DNA from: a virus
Lineage: Duplodnaviria; Caudoviricetes
IMG/VR virus record: IMGVR_UViG_3300023173_000094
Span: 1 to 26,336 of that record
Length of the DNA stretch: 26,336 nucleotides
Strand: one strand, 5' to 3'
The notes below the pieces were generated by a model. That model was not told the DNA's origin and did not search any database. It saw only the letters and a program-made list of their open reading frames with translations. Of the stretch, positions 6,870 to 17,494 are shown piece by piece. Position numbers and translations under genes: made by a program. The stretch's first letter is position 1. Every line of letters begins with the position of its first letter.

Positions 6870-8804
6870 ATGGAAACGCTCAACGAACAAGAGATATTAG
6901 ATTTTGTATTTCAATCGCTGACTGTCAGTCAGTTTCATTCTCATTACGCTAAGACTGTTGAAATTGCTGATTACTGGAGGTCTATAATCTCTGGTGAAAA
7001 TCAAGAATCAATCATCTTGAAAAAAAGAGCAAATGACACAAATGCTCAGAAGGAAGAATCAGTCAGATTATTCAACACACACACACCATATCTTACAAAT
7101 CGTTTAAAGTCTGTTTTCAAGAAGGTGGACAAGACCAAGCGTGTCAACAAGGTACTTGCACCAATTGAACAAGAAAGCGTCTCAGATCAAGCGTGGGGGT
7201 CATTCTCGCAAAGATTAAGAATGTTCTATCAAGAGGAATCGCTTGATGATTATTTGAATACGAGATTGATTGATTATGCAACTACTGATCCGAACGCATA
7301 CTTGCTGATTGACTTTTTCCCTTTCGATAATGCAAGAGAGTTTCCTGTCACATATCCAATGATCTTTTCATCAAGAGATACAATCTTAAAAGGTTCTGAT
7401 CATCTTGGTTTGCAGTTCATTTGTTTCCGAAAGCCAATAAAGAGATCAGCAAACGCACCTGAGTCATATAAGCAGACTTTTGATTCATCAAAGACAGACA
7501 TACAGAAGCAGTTGTATGTGTATTATGTATATACACGCAACAACAGTTATGAGATCATTGTTGAAGATGTCGCAATGGTTTCAGAGTATGATGTGAGCAA
7601 TTCTGAACTGAGAACTGAAACATATGCGACAGCAGAAGGCAAGACAAATTCAGTATCATTTTACTATTCTTCAGGCGTTCACAATAGTGGCAATGTACCA
7701 GCCATATCTCTTGGGTATGTGAAAGACTTGTCAGCAGGGTATCAGATAAATGAAAGTATTTACAGACCAGCAAAGGAGGTGTTGAATGAGCATTGCGAGA
7801 AGAAGTCAAAACTTGACAATCAGATGGCATTGTTTGGCTTTATTCGTGCTTACTTTTACACGCAGCGTTGCAGTTACAGAGACTCTGATGGAAACTATTG
7901 CACCAATGGATATATAAATGATCATGTCTGTCCATCATGCGATGGAACAGCAGTTGTAAGTGGTGAGAAACAATCACGCATCAGTCGTAATGAGTTTGAG
8001 ATTACAGAGGTTGAGATTCCATTGCCGACAAGCGGTGACAATGGTGAGATTCTTGATCTTTCACGATTGGTTCACATGGTTGAGATTCCAGAAAATGTTT
8101 TCAAAATGTATCAAGATCAAGTTGATCATTTGGCAAAGTTAACATCACTTGCCTTGTTCAACACCAATATCTTTGACAAGTACAACAACGAAAGCGGAGC
8201 GGAAACAGCCACAGGCATCAGAGAACTTGTTCAAAGCAAGAACAATGTCATTCATGAGTATGCAGAGCATAAAGCGAAGATATGGCGTTTCATTGTCGAT
8301 CAGATGTTGCATTATTTTAATCTGAGGGGTAAGGTGAACAGAAACATGGTCTTTGATGAAGATTTAGTTCCTCTGAGTGACGAGCAGATCATATCGCTAA
8401 TAAGTCAAGGCAAGACTGCAAACGTTTCAATGGAATACATCAGAAATCTGGAGTCTGACTTGATGGCTATGAAGTACAAAGACAACGATGATGAGTTGCA
8501 ATGGTTCTCGCAGAAAAACAAGTGGAAGCCTTTCTTCAATAAGTCAGAAAACGAAGTGTTGTCAGCATTGTCGATGCTCCCGGTAGATCATAGCAAGAAG
8601 ATTTTGTGGCTATTTTTTGAGGATATATTCAATGAGATAAAAAGTCAAAGAATCTTGCAAGGCGTTGAAGGTGAATATCAGATGCCTTTCCATTACCTTA
8701 ATTATAATGAGCAGAAAGATGTCATCAGATATTATGTCGCAATCTATCGTGCGCAGCTTGAAAGCGAAGAAGTCATTGATTTAGATGATGATATTGATGA
8801 ATAA
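6870..8804 (+). CDS. Putative portal protein with internal Cys4 zinc-finger-like segment
   Basis: 644 aa; position between terminase and head-morphogenesis gene; AETAT motif before a long helix; C-x9-C-x9-CPSCDGT insert. ATG 6870 preferred to TTG 6861. Confidence 0.78.
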   Translation: METLNEQEILDFVFQSLTVSQFHSHYAKTVEIADYWRSIISGENQESIILKKRANDTNAQKEESVRLFNTHTPYLTNRLKSVFKKVDKTKRVNKVLAPIEQESVSDQAWGSFSQRLRMFYQEESLDDYLNTRLIDYATTDPNAYLLIDFFPFDNAREFPVTYPMIFSSRDTILKGSDHLGLQFICFRKPIKRSANAPESYKQTFDSSKTDIQKQLYVYYVYTRNNSYEIIVEDVAMVSEYDVSNSELRTETYATAEGKTNSVSFYYSSGVHNSGNVPAISLGYVKDLSAGYQINESIYRPAKEVLNEHCEKKSKLDNQMALFGFIRAYFYTQRCSYRDSDGNYCTNGYINDHVCPSCDGTAVVSGEKQSRISRNEFEITEVEIPLPTSGDNGEILDLSRLVHMVEIPENVFKMYQDQVDHLAKLTSLALFNTNIFDKYNNESGAETATGIRELVQSKNNVIHEYAEHKAKIWRFIVDQMLHYFNLRGKVNRNMVFDEDLVPLSDEQIISLISQGKTANVSMEYIRNLESDLMAMKYKDNDDELQWFSQKNKWKPFFNKSENEVLSALSMLPVDHSKKILWLFFEDIFNEIKSQRILQGVEGEYQMPFHYLNYNEQKDVIRYYVAIYRAQLESEEVIDLDDDIDE

Positions 8805-9694
8805 TGCGCAAGAAGTCACGAAAACGATCAGAATTAGTTGACTCTGTTGAGAAGAAGGCATTGCTTCTGTTTGAAAAGCTGGAGCGTGACTTTTATCGTT
8901 CTGTCATAAATGAATTTCGTGACCTTCTGACATTCAAAGACAACATTATTGTCAACTCTACAAAGAATCACGTTGCTCTTCATAAACTTGCTGAATTTCA
9001 AGAAAAGTTTAAGAAAACAAAGGTGATGCCAATCATCACATGGATCGCCAATCAGCTTATTAAAATCACCAAGACGAATGTCGAATACTTTGACAATTTC
9101 GATGTGAAGAAGATACAAGGCAAGGTGACGAAAGATAGCGTTGCAAAGTATGGCATCAAAAAGACTGGCAATGTTGTCAAGATAGCAAAGGGAAGTCTGC
9201 TGGATCAGTTGAGCAAGTTTGAAGAACCATATATGGCAATCAGAAATATAGGCACAAGAGCGATTGCTCAAGGAATGCCATTGAAAGAATTTCAGTCAGT
9301 TATAAAGAGTGAGATTTTACCAGAAGGCAAGTTTGGAAAGATAAAGAGTCACTTTCAGACGATAGCGCAAGACTTATTTGTTGAGCATGACAGAAATGTG
9401 AACAACGAATTTGCAGACAGACTTGGACTGATGGCATTCATCTACGAAGGAGGATTGATTGAAACATCAAGAGAATTTTGTCAAGAGAAGAATGGAAAAG
9501 TATTTACACGAGAAGAAGCAGAGCAATGGGCGTTTGAAGATTTTGATGGAAAGCCTTCTGGCGGTTATGATCCTCTTTCAAATATGGGAGGGTATAATTG
9601 CAGACATCATGCAGGGTGGATAGATGAGAAAGAAGCTATAAGGCGCAGACCAGATTTAGAACAATATTTCAAAGACAAAAAAGCCAACAGATGA
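8804..9694 (+). CDS. Head morphogenesis / minor capsid protein (SPP1 gp7 / Mu F-like)
   Basis: C-terminal Y.GG...SR.FC....GK.F and GGYNCRH motifs; TAATG coupling to the portal. Confidence 0.8.
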   Translation: MRKKSRKRSELVDSVEKKALLLFEKLERDFYRSVINEFRDLLTFKDNIIVNSTKNHVALHKLAEFQEKFKKTKVMPIITWIANQLIKITKTNVEYFDNFDVKKIQGKVTKDSVAKYGIKKTGNVVKIAKGSLLDQLSKFEEPYMAIRNIGTRAIAQGMPLKEFQSVIKSEILPEGKFGKIKSHFQTIAQDLFVEHDRNVNNEFADRLGLMAFIYEGGLIETSREFCQEKNGKVFTREEAEQWAFEDFDGKPSGGYDPLSNMGGYNCRHHAGWIDEKEAIRRRPDLEQYFKDKKANR

Positions 9695-9936
9695 TCGTTA
9701 GATTTACAAGCTATGACTATGAAAAATATATGGAAGATGACTATGATTGGAGAGACACAGAAACTTACATTTATGTCGACATGAGTGAGATACCAGCATT
9801 CTATCAAGTTGATGAGCAGTTCATGGTCATCAATATAATGGGTGCGGAATATCTTATTGACTGCCAAGTTTCACGATTTATTCAATATCTTGGAACTCCT
9901 ATGGTTTACGAAGCAAATAATATCACAGCGAATTGA
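9691..9936 (+). CDS. Hypothetical protein (81 aa)
   Basis: ATGA overlap upstream, TTGA overlap downstream. Confidence 0.7.
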   Translation: MIVRFTSYDYEKYMEDDYDWRDTETYIYVDMSEIPAFYQVDEQFMVINIMGAEYLIDCQVSRFIQYLGTPMVYEANNITAN

Positions 9937-11684
9937 AACACATCAACGAGGCATATCAGTTTTTTTTGACGTTTCCAGATACTGGATTGACTCAAGTATA
10001 TCCAGATATTGGCGAGTTATCATGGCAATGGGAGTATCATGATGATCAGCGTGTCTGGACACTTGAACTTGATACTGATCTTGTCTTTACTGACAACACA
10101 GGTCATGCTACATTTTCAAAACTGTCAGCATTTGAAGAAGATACAGTTGGCTGTTATGAGATACCTTTGACGATTAAGTATCGCAAGTCAGATCAGACAT
10201 GGCAGCAATGCTATGTTGGATATTTACCATATCGCAAAGGTTCGTGGGATTATTCAAGGGCAACGCTTGAAATAAAGCCTGTCAGCAATGATTCAATGAG
10301 ATGTGTGATAAACAACTGGAAGATTAAGAAGAACCTTTTCGATGTAGAGGCACGAAAGACTTTAAATTCTATTGTTGGAGAAATAGAAGAAAAGATTGTC
10401 AGCAGATATGATGTCATTCCTGATCCACCTCCGGGAGTTGGATGGGTCGCAATAAGAATTGATAAGATTACAGAATATGATGACAATCAATACACAGGAA
10501 ATCCTCTTTATATATTATATGTTGTCACTTATGCACGAGAATTTACTACATCTGTTCAGACCAGCGATGAGTGGACATTAATTGGTGGCACATATTATCG
10601 AGAACCTGCGATTGCGAACAAAAGGACATCGACATCATCTGTTCAAGTTGGTGGTTCTGGTGTCGCTGTTGAAGTCACAGAAACGACACAATGGGATATT
10701 ATTGACATAACTGCTGACAATGGCATTCCGTTGAAAGATGCGATTGAATATCTTGCTTCGCAATGTTCATTGTCTGTTATAAGCGAGTTCTTTTCTATTA
10801 ATTCGACAAGCGAAGAAATATATCTGAAAGAATATGAAGATGCAGCAGTTGATTTCAACAATGTTGTAATTTATCAAGCGAGTGATTTAATAATTCCAGA
10901 TGCCAATCAAAACGCAACCATTCTTGAACAGTCGTTTGAAACTTTGCTTGGTGACTTGATGACAAAACTTGATTTATATGTCTTTTATGACACGAGTCTT
11001 TCTGCACTACGAATAGAGCATTCAAGCTATCGAGCAAGAAGAAGGATGTTGAATCTTGAGCAGAGCGAATTTGCACATGATCTCAGAGGAAAACGATCCT
11101 ACGAATATAATGAAAGCGATTTCCCACAGATTGAGTTGTTTACTGATGGCTATGAAGATTCAGGCGTTGATTTTGCTGATGCAAGAATTGAATATGAGGC
11201 AATCTGTTCATCTAATGATTCACAAACGAAAGAAAATGAGTATAAGTGTGAGAACAGTATTTATGATCTTGCTGCCATATACAAGAAAGACGAGTTGCTT
11301 GAAGAAAAAGATATCAGAACAGCGATGGTAATTGTTGCGCTTGATTCAAGTAATAATGTAATCTATGACAAAGGTGAAATATCTGGCAATGTTATCGCTA
11401 ATGGTGTATTTGCGTGGGCAAATGTATTGCCAAAATATCATCTGAGAAACAGACCATTGCTTGAAGGAACTATCAATGGCAAGGTGACAGAGTTCTCACA
11501 GACCAAGCCAATAAGAAAGCAGAATGATTTGACTGTTTCGATGTCACGAACTGATTTCTTCACTAATTTCAAAGCCGAAGATAGAGTCAAAACGCAGTTT
11601 GGATGGGGTGAGCCACAGTCTGCTGAATATAATGAACCGACACAAGAACTTGACTTGAGTGTTGCTTTCAGAATAAAAAGATAA
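9933..11684 (+). CDS. Putative virion tail/baseplate structural protein (583 aa)
   Basis: Long acidic beta-rich ORF in the structural operon; TTG start overlaps the preceding TGA; function inferred from context only. Confidence 0.55.
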   Translation: MKHINEAYQFFLTFPDTGLTQVYPDIGELSWQWEYHDDQRVWTLELDTDLVFTDNTGHATFSKLSAFEEDTVGCYEIPLTIKYRKSDQTWQQCYVGYLPYRKGSWDYSRATLEIKPVSNDSMRCVINNWKIKKNLFDVEARKTLNSIVGEIEEKIVSRYDVIPDPPPGVGWVAIRIDKITEYDDNQYTGNPLYILYVVTYAREFTTSVQTSDEWTLIGGTYYREPAIANKRTSTSSVQVGGSGVAVEVTETTQWDIIDITADNGIPLKDAIEYLASQCSLSVISEFFSINSTSEEIYLKEYEDAAVDFNNVVIYQASDLIIPDANQNATILEQSFETLLGDLMTKLDLYVFYDTSLSALRIEHSSYRARRRMLNLEQSEFAHDLRGKRSYEYNESDFPQIELFTDGYEDSGVDFADARIEYEAICSSNDSQTKENEYKCENSIYDLAAIYKKDELLEEKDIRTAMVIVALDSSNNVIYDKGEISGNVIANGVFAWANVLPKYHLRNRPLLEGTINGKVTEFSQTKPIRKQNDLTVSMSRTDFFTNFKAEDRVKTQFGWGEPQSAEYNEPTQELDLSVAFRIKR

Positions 11685-11691
11685 ATAAACA

Positions 11692-11728
11692 AAGTCATTG
11701 TTCATGCCTTGATTTAGTCAAATAATTG
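11692..11728 (+). promoter_or_regulatory. Putative phage late promoter, copy 2
   Basis: AAGTCATTG (11692-700), 20-nt spacer, AATAATTG (11721-28); intergenic. Confidence 0.6.
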
Positions 11729-11736
11729 CATCTATT

Positions 11737-13527
11737 ATGCGAACAAAGTTTTCAGAATTATCAACGATACCATTCTACACCTCAAGACAAGAGCAGCATC
11801 TCTACACATTTGATAGCAATGTTCCTGTATTACTGTTTCCTGACTTTGGTTCGATTAAGTTTCAGCTTATATTCAAAAATGATCTTCAGACGTATCAAGG
11901 TGCTACAATAAAAAGCGACACAGCAACTTACGTTCCTGACTCTGTGTCATACAATAGCATCACACAAGATGTTGACAATGATGGCAATGATGAGTTCTTT
12001 CTTCAATTCGATGGCTTTACTTACGCAGCACCACCAACAGAAGATAAATATTGGATTGAACTCTTGATTAATGGAGTGACGTATTATTCAGAAGTATTTT
12101 TCATTTGTTCTGCCAAGTACAAAATTGAGTGGTATGATGACTGCTCATCAAAAGACTTTGGAAATTTTGATTCTGGATGGAAGAACATCTTGTATCTAAA
12201 TGACTTTTTTCCGACAGTCACAAACATTGAAGAACAGATTGAAGAACGTGCTGATGGTTATGGCAACAACAAGAAAATATACCAAAGATCAGAAATCGTT
12301 TACACAGCGCAAGTAAAAGGCTCAAACTTTCTGCGCCACGCATTTAATAACATCAAATATTATGACAATATAGAGTTGACACACATCGCCTCTTCACAAA
12401 CGTGGACAATTTATGATCTAAAAGGTGAAAGTGGCGGTGGAAATGGTGCTTATGCGCTTGATATAAGCTATAAAACGGAAGATTATGAGAAACTTGAATG
12501 TAACATCAGCGCATATGAGAACGCTCCATATACCGACCCTGATACGCCTTCTCCGGGTGATCTGACTTGCGGTGCTTTTGCTGTCACAATAGTTCAAACT
12601 GGCTTTCAGTTATCATATACGTTGTTAAATGATCCAGATGCAACAGTAGTTGAAGACATAACATGGACAAGAAATGGTCGATTTTTGGGCAAGGGATCAA
12701 CAGTAACGCTTGGTGATTTTGGAAATTATGGAGTTCGCATACAAAAGAAGAATTGCATTGTAACAGATTATTACAATTATCAAGACGTTTGCATCGCTAT
12801 GCAGACAAGCGTTAGCGTAAACAATGACATCATAAATGCCTCTACATCGAATGCACCATCTTCTGTCTCTTATGAAGTTTACAATCCATCTGGTTCTCTT
12901 GTCAGCAGTTCATTGCCATATACTGCTGTTGCTGATGGTGTGCATACAGTCAAAGTTGCTTCTGGTGATTGTGAAAAGATATACAATGTACCTGTGAACA
13001 TTACAGGATCAGTTGATTGCTCGTTTACTTTTGAACTGTCGAAAGATGCTTCAAATACTTTGAGTGTTGTAAACAATACAGCAGTCACTTATTCTGTCGA
13101 ATGGTTCAAGGTTATCAATGGGAATGAAGAGGTTTCTGTCGGCACAGGTGACACTCATGACATTGATGGTGAAGGCTTGTTCATTGCAAGAATGACATCT
13201 TCTGGCTGTTCATTAGATGTCCTTTATATTTACCTTGAGACTGCTGTCAATCAAGGTTTCACATTTCAACTGTATGAAAGGTCATTGAATTACTCAGGAT
13301 CAAATTATGATGTTGCGAACTTTACGCTTCCGCATCCAAGCATATTCACAGAAGATGAGATTGATGATCGTTTGAGGGTTGTTGTTAATGGAGTCACATA
13401 CGCATACAAAGGAACTACAACTGCGATCAATGAATACACTATTGACTTTGCAAATAATAGGATAACTCCTCATGTCGCATTTGCGACTGATGACATTCAG
13501 CTTTATAGAACATTTATCAAGAAGTAA
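11737..13527 (+). CDS. Putative virion structural protein with three Cys-bracketed Ig-like repeats (596 aa)
   Basis: Repeats end GNYGVRIQKKNC, GVHTVKVASGDC and GLFIARMTSSGC; T/S/V-rich beta composition. Confidence 0.6.
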   Translation: MRTKFSELSTIPFYTSRQEQHLYTFDSNVPVLLFPDFGSIKFQLIFKNDLQTYQGATIKSDTATYVPDSVSYNSITQDVDNDGNDEFFLQFDGFTYAAPPTEDKYWIELLINGVTYYSEVFFICSAKYKIEWYDDCSSKDFGNFDSGWKNILYLNDFFPTVTNIEEQIEERADGYGNNKKIYQRSEIVYTAQVKGSNFLRHAFNNIKYYDNIELTHIASSQTWTIYDLKGESGGGNGAYALDISYKTEDYEKLECNISAYENAPYTDPDTPSPGDLTCGAFAVTIVQTGFQLSYTLLNDPDATVVEDITWTRNGRFLGKGSTVTLGDFGNYGVRIQKKNCIVTDYYNYQDVCIAMQTSVSVNNDIINASTSNAPSSVSYEVYNPSGSLVSSSLPYTAVADGVHTVKVASGDCEKIYNVPVNITGSVDCSFTFELSKDASNTLSVVNNTAVTYSVEWFKVINGNEEVSVGTGDTHDIDGEGLFIARMTSSGCSLDVLYIYLETAVNQGFTFQLYERSLNYSGSNYDVANFTLPHPSIFTEDEIDDRLRVVVNGVTYAYKGTTTAINEYTIDFANNRITPHVAFATDDIQLYRTFIKK

Positions 13528-16500
13528 TGAGAATAATACTTTCAATATTATTTTGTTTTGCGTATTTATTAGGATTTTCTCAAGTCAAGAATAAACAGAT
13601 GGAGACAAGTGCTTCTCCAACTATGTTTTTGATGACCAAAAATGATGCTACACTTGGCAATGTCAGACAGTTTGTGACAGCTTCAGAGGCTGCTGATACA
13701 TTGAATGCAAATTTTAGCTTTAATAATATATACAACATTGATGGCACTCTGACAGGAACAAGATCATTGTCATTGGCAGGTTATGATCTTACGTTTCTGC
13801 AAAGTGGAATTGGTGACGTTGTCTTTTATGGCAATAATTCAGTATGGACAAACTATACAAACTCACATCAAGCAAAGATTGGATCGTATAATAGTGGAAC
13901 TTTTGTAGGTAGTGAATCGGCTTCACCTTTTGAGTTCATAATTGGAAATACTGCTCAAGCGATTATTGAAAGTGATGGTGATGCTTATTATTATAATGAT
14001 CTTGGGGTTGGTATTTCTCCTGTCTATGCTTTGGATGTAGTTGGAGAGTTCAGGTTGAATAATGCAACAGAGGGAATTGATAGAGTTCTCAGATCGGATG
14101 CAAATGGTCTTGCTTCATGGGTTGATCTTGGAACTCTTGGAGGTGGTACAGATGATCAAACATTGCAAGAGGTATTGACAAGCGGCAATGATGCTGGAGG
14201 CTTAGATGCTATGAATTTCGCAGAGGTAGAAGCCGATGAATTTATTGGCGATTTAAGGGGAGCAGTTCTGTTTAAAGCACAGGCAGGAGAAAATTTAGCA
14301 AAAGGACAAGTAGTTTATGTCTCAGGCATTTCAGGGAATACGACAATAGTCTCTAAGGCAGATGCTGATGATGCTGCTAAGATGCCGGGCTTTGGGGTAG
14401 TGGCAGCCTCAGCCAATTCAGGCAATCCTGTTGATATTTATACCTTTGGCACGTTATCAAATTTAAATACATTAGCATTTTCTTTAGGTGATATATTATA
14501 CATTTCAACGACTGCTGGTCAATTAACTGCAATTCCACCAACTGGGGAATCAGCGTTAATACAAAATATAGCAAAAGTAACGAGGGTAGATAATTCTGCG
14601 GGTTCGATAAAAATATCAGGCGCAGGAAGGACTAATGCTACCCCTAACTTAAATACAGGTAGACTATTCGTGGGTAATGCCTCGAATCAAGCGGTAGCAG
14701 ATGGGACAATTTACGTTGATATAGCGAATAGTAGGGTGGGTATTGGAACGTCAACTCCCGATGAGAAATTGGAAATCGAGGGTGGAGATATACATATAGA
14801 CCAATCAACCAATGCTTATTTAAGAATAGACAGAAGTGCAACAAACAGGAGGGCAGAATTGCAATTTGAAACAGCAGGTAGTGATAATTGGGTAATAGGT
14901 GCGGTTGATTCTGATGACCATAGCGGAGCAGGTGATGGCAGCGAGTTATTTATAGGTACGTCAAGCGGTGGCGGTGCAAAATTGTGGATAGAAAACAACG
15001 GAAACGTAGGGATTGGAACGTCATCACCAGACGCTACACTACGAATAGATAACTCCTCAGGAAGGGCGCTGAAGGTTACGGGTGGTTTTGGTACTGCAAA
15101 CCCAATAGCTGAATTTGTAAGGGATGATGTGGTTAATGATAAGGTCTATATTTCGGCAAATGGAAGTGAACCGCAAATATCTTTTTTACAAGCTGAAGGT
15201 GGTAGCGCAAATGATTGGTCAATAGGTACAGGGTATGAAGGTTCTTTTGAGATAGCAGACAACACATACTTAGGAACTAATACAAGGTTTGTAATTAATA
15301 ACACAGGAGACGTAGAGATAGCGACAGTAAACACAGACAACACAACAGATGATGTATTGGTGCATAGTTCAGACGGAACGGTATCAAAGAGAACATTAAC
15401 CTCAATAGGTGATGAAATTGACCTCAATTTAGGCGATGATAATTTGACATTAACTGGGTTTAGGACTGTCAATCTTTCAAATAATGACTTGCAATTCCAA
15501 ATGAATGGTACAGGTGTCGGACATGGTGGTTTTTGGTATCTTGATGCGAGTGCAAATTCTTTGAATAATTATTCAGCAGACAACGGTGCGGGTGGTAATT
15601 ATGGATTTTTCTCAATATCTAATCCAAGTTCGGGATTTGACCTTGTTGAACGATTTAATTTTTTTGGTGGTGATGGCACAAGTAATTATAACATTAGAAT
15701 CTTTGACCAAACATCTACAACTGGTGCGAAAGAGGTGCGTATATATAATGGAGCATTAAGATTGTATGACTCAGGTTCTGCCTCTGACATTTATTTAAAC
15801 CCTGATGGCAGTAGTTATATTGTCAATAATTTAGCCATTGGAAGCACCTCAACGCCGAATACTTTTTATGTTGATTCTCCAAGCAATATACCAATGCGAG
15901 TTGATGGAGGCAACAATTCCTTTATCACTTTTATAACTAACACTGAGGTTACGCCAAATCATGCAAGAATAGGCTTTGCTGCTGATGATATGGAAGTTTG
16001 GACAAATGGAGTCGAGAGATTTCATATAAGCGGAACAGGAAGCGTAGGCATAAATACATCATCACCCGCCAAGCAGCTTGAAATAGAAAACACAGGTGCT
16101 GCTGCTACAATGCTGATTCAGACAACAGATGACCAAAATGCCTATATTGAATACCAAAACAATTCGGGAGGCGGTGGACTGATTTATAGAACTGGGGTGA
16201 CAACTTTAGAGCATTGGGACATATCTTCTGATAGTCAGGTCATGCTGCGTTTGGATAGGGCAAATAATAGAGTTCAAGTGATAGACCAAGAATTGAGAGT
16301 ATCTTCTACTGGATCGGAGCATGTCTTTTTCAATACAGACAACTGGGGGATAAGAGACCAATTCGCAAATTTAAAATTGTACTTTGATGCCAGTTCGAGC
16401 AATCCACTTGGAACAACAATGACTACTTACAACAACGACCTATATTGGGTATTTGATAGTGCTACTGATGATTATCGTCTCCGCACAGGTTCATATGATA

Positions 16501-17255
16501 ATCTTAAATATGAAAAGACCACAGGAACTGTAGGAGAGTATTTTGAGTTAGGTTTTGATGAATTAAAGGTATATAGCGAGACTGACTTTTTCACTTTAAC
16601 AAAAGTAGACCACACAGGAGGATTTCCAGAGACTGCAAGTTTTGAATTTACAGATGGTGGTTACATACGAACAAGCACAGGAATAGAACATAAAGCCGAT
16701 TCAGATACGGAGATGTTTTTTTCTAATGATATTATTCGATTCTATGCTGGTGGCTATGATTTACTACATCTTGAAGAACGAGCGGGACTGGTAAATAGGG
16801 TTGTAATAAATGAAAATAGTACAGCTTGTGAATTTAGAGTAGAAAGCGACACAGATGCAAATGCAATATTTATGGATGGCACAAGCGGTGATATTGGTTT
16901 TGGTACGAATACGCCAAGTGCAGAACTTGATGTGGTAGGAGATACAGAGTTGAATGGTGATTTACTCATAACAGATGGCACAAGGATATTTAAGATAACA
17001 CAGAATGTAAATGGTACTCAAATAGGAGATGTTTCGGGTTCTGGTGGTAATGATTTAAACCTACAATCTAATTCAGTTACAAGAATAAATATTGAAGCAG
17101 AGGGAAGAATAAATATTAATGATGTATTGAATTTAAATCCATTGTCTACTGCTCCTAATTCTGGGACAGAGCAGGATGGAGACATTTATTTACACGACAC
17201 AGGCTCAGCATATGAATTAAGAGTTTGGAATGGTTCAAGTTGGCAGACATTATAA
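13527..17255 (+). CDS. Tail-fibre-like / adhesin protein with N-terminal signal peptide (1242 aa)
   Basis: Six G(N/S/D)VGIGTxxP-type fibre repeats; AGENLAKGQVVYVSG domain; N-terminus MRIILSILFCFAYLLGFS|Q. Confidence 0.75.
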   Translation: MRIILSILFCFAYLLGFSQVKNKQMETSASPTMFLMTKNDATLGNVRQFVTASEAADTLNANFSFNNIYNIDGTLTGTRSLSLAGYDLTFLQSGIGDVVFYGNNSVWTNYTNSHQAKIGSYNSGTFVGSESASPFEFIIGNTAQAIIESDGDAYYYNDLGVGISPVYALDVVGEFRLNNATEGIDRVLRSDANGLASWVDLGTLGGGTDDQTLQEVLTSGNDAGGLDAMNFAEVEADEFIGDLRGAVLFKAQAGENLAKGQVVYVSGISGNTTIVSKADADDAAKMPGFGVVAASANSGNPVDIYTFGTLSNLNTLAFSLGDILYISTTAGQLTAIPPTGESALIQNIAKVTRVDNSAGSIKISGAGRTNATPNLNTGRLFVGNASNQAVADGTIYVDIANSRVGIGTSTPDEKLEIEGGDIHIDQSTNAYLRIDRSATNRRAELQFETAGSDNWVIGAVDSDDHSGAGDGSELFIGTSSGGGAKLWIENNGNVGIGTSSPDATLRIDNSSGRALKVTGGFGTANPIAEFVRDDVVNDKVYISANGSEPQISFLQAEGGSANDWSIGTGYEGSFEIADNTYLGTNTRFVINNTGDVEIATVNTDNTTDDVLVHSSDGTVSKRTLTSIGDEIDLNLGDDNLTLTGFRTVNLSNNDLQFQMNGTGVGHGGFWYLDASANSLNNYSADNGAGGNYGFFSISNPSSGFDLVERFNFFGGDGTSNYNIRIFDQTSTTGAKEVRIYNGALRLYDSGSASDIYLNPDGSSYIVNNLAIGSTSTPNTFYVDSPSNIPMRVDGGNNSFITFITNTEVTPNHARIGFAADDMEVWTNGVERFHISGTGSVGINTSSPAKQLEIENTGAAATMLIQTTDDQNAYIEYQNNSGGGGLIYRTGVTTLEHWDISSDSQVMLRLDRANNRVQVIDQELRVSSTGSEHVFFNTDNWGIRDQFANLKLYFDASSSNPLGTTMTTYNNDLYWVFDSATDDYRLRTGSYDNLKYEKTTGTVGEYFELGFDELKVYSETDFFTLTKVDHTGGFPETASFEFTDGGYIRTSTGIEHKADSDTEMFFSNDIIRFYAGGYDLLHLEERAGLVNRVVINENSTACEFRVESDTDANAIFMDGTSGDIGFGTNTPSAELDVVGDTELNGDLLITDGTRIFKITQNVNGTQIGDVSGSGGNDLNLQSNSVTRINIEAEGRININDVLNLNPLSTAPNSGTEQDGDIYLHDTGSAYELRVWNGSSWQTL

Positions 17256-17264
17256 ACCAATAAT

Positions 17265-17489
17265 ATGATACGAGTAAAGACATCTTACGACAACAGACAA
17301 GGCTTCGTTAAACTTGATTTTAGCGCAGTAGACATATGTTCTGATGACAAAGTAGCGGAAGCACTTGAAATGCTATTAGAGACAGTTTCAGAGTCCTTTA
17401 TGGAGCAAATACAGACAATAAAGGGAAGTGGTAATTTCATATGTCCTGATGAAGAAATTAATTATGGAAATGATACAATAAAACAATAA
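17265..17489 (+). CDS. Hypothetical protein (74 aa)
   Basis: ORF directly after the fibre gene. Confidence 0.6.
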   Translation: MIRVKTSYDNRQGFVKLDFSAVDICSDDKVAEALEMLLETVSESFMEQIQTIKGSGNFICPDEEINYGNDTIKQ

Positions 17490-17494
17490 TTACA

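Noticed and set aside
8770-8806. Fourth AAGTCATTG copy
   Set aside because: It lies in portal coding sequence (EVID) and has ATG rather than TTG at the fixed downstream position; likely chance, though not excluded.
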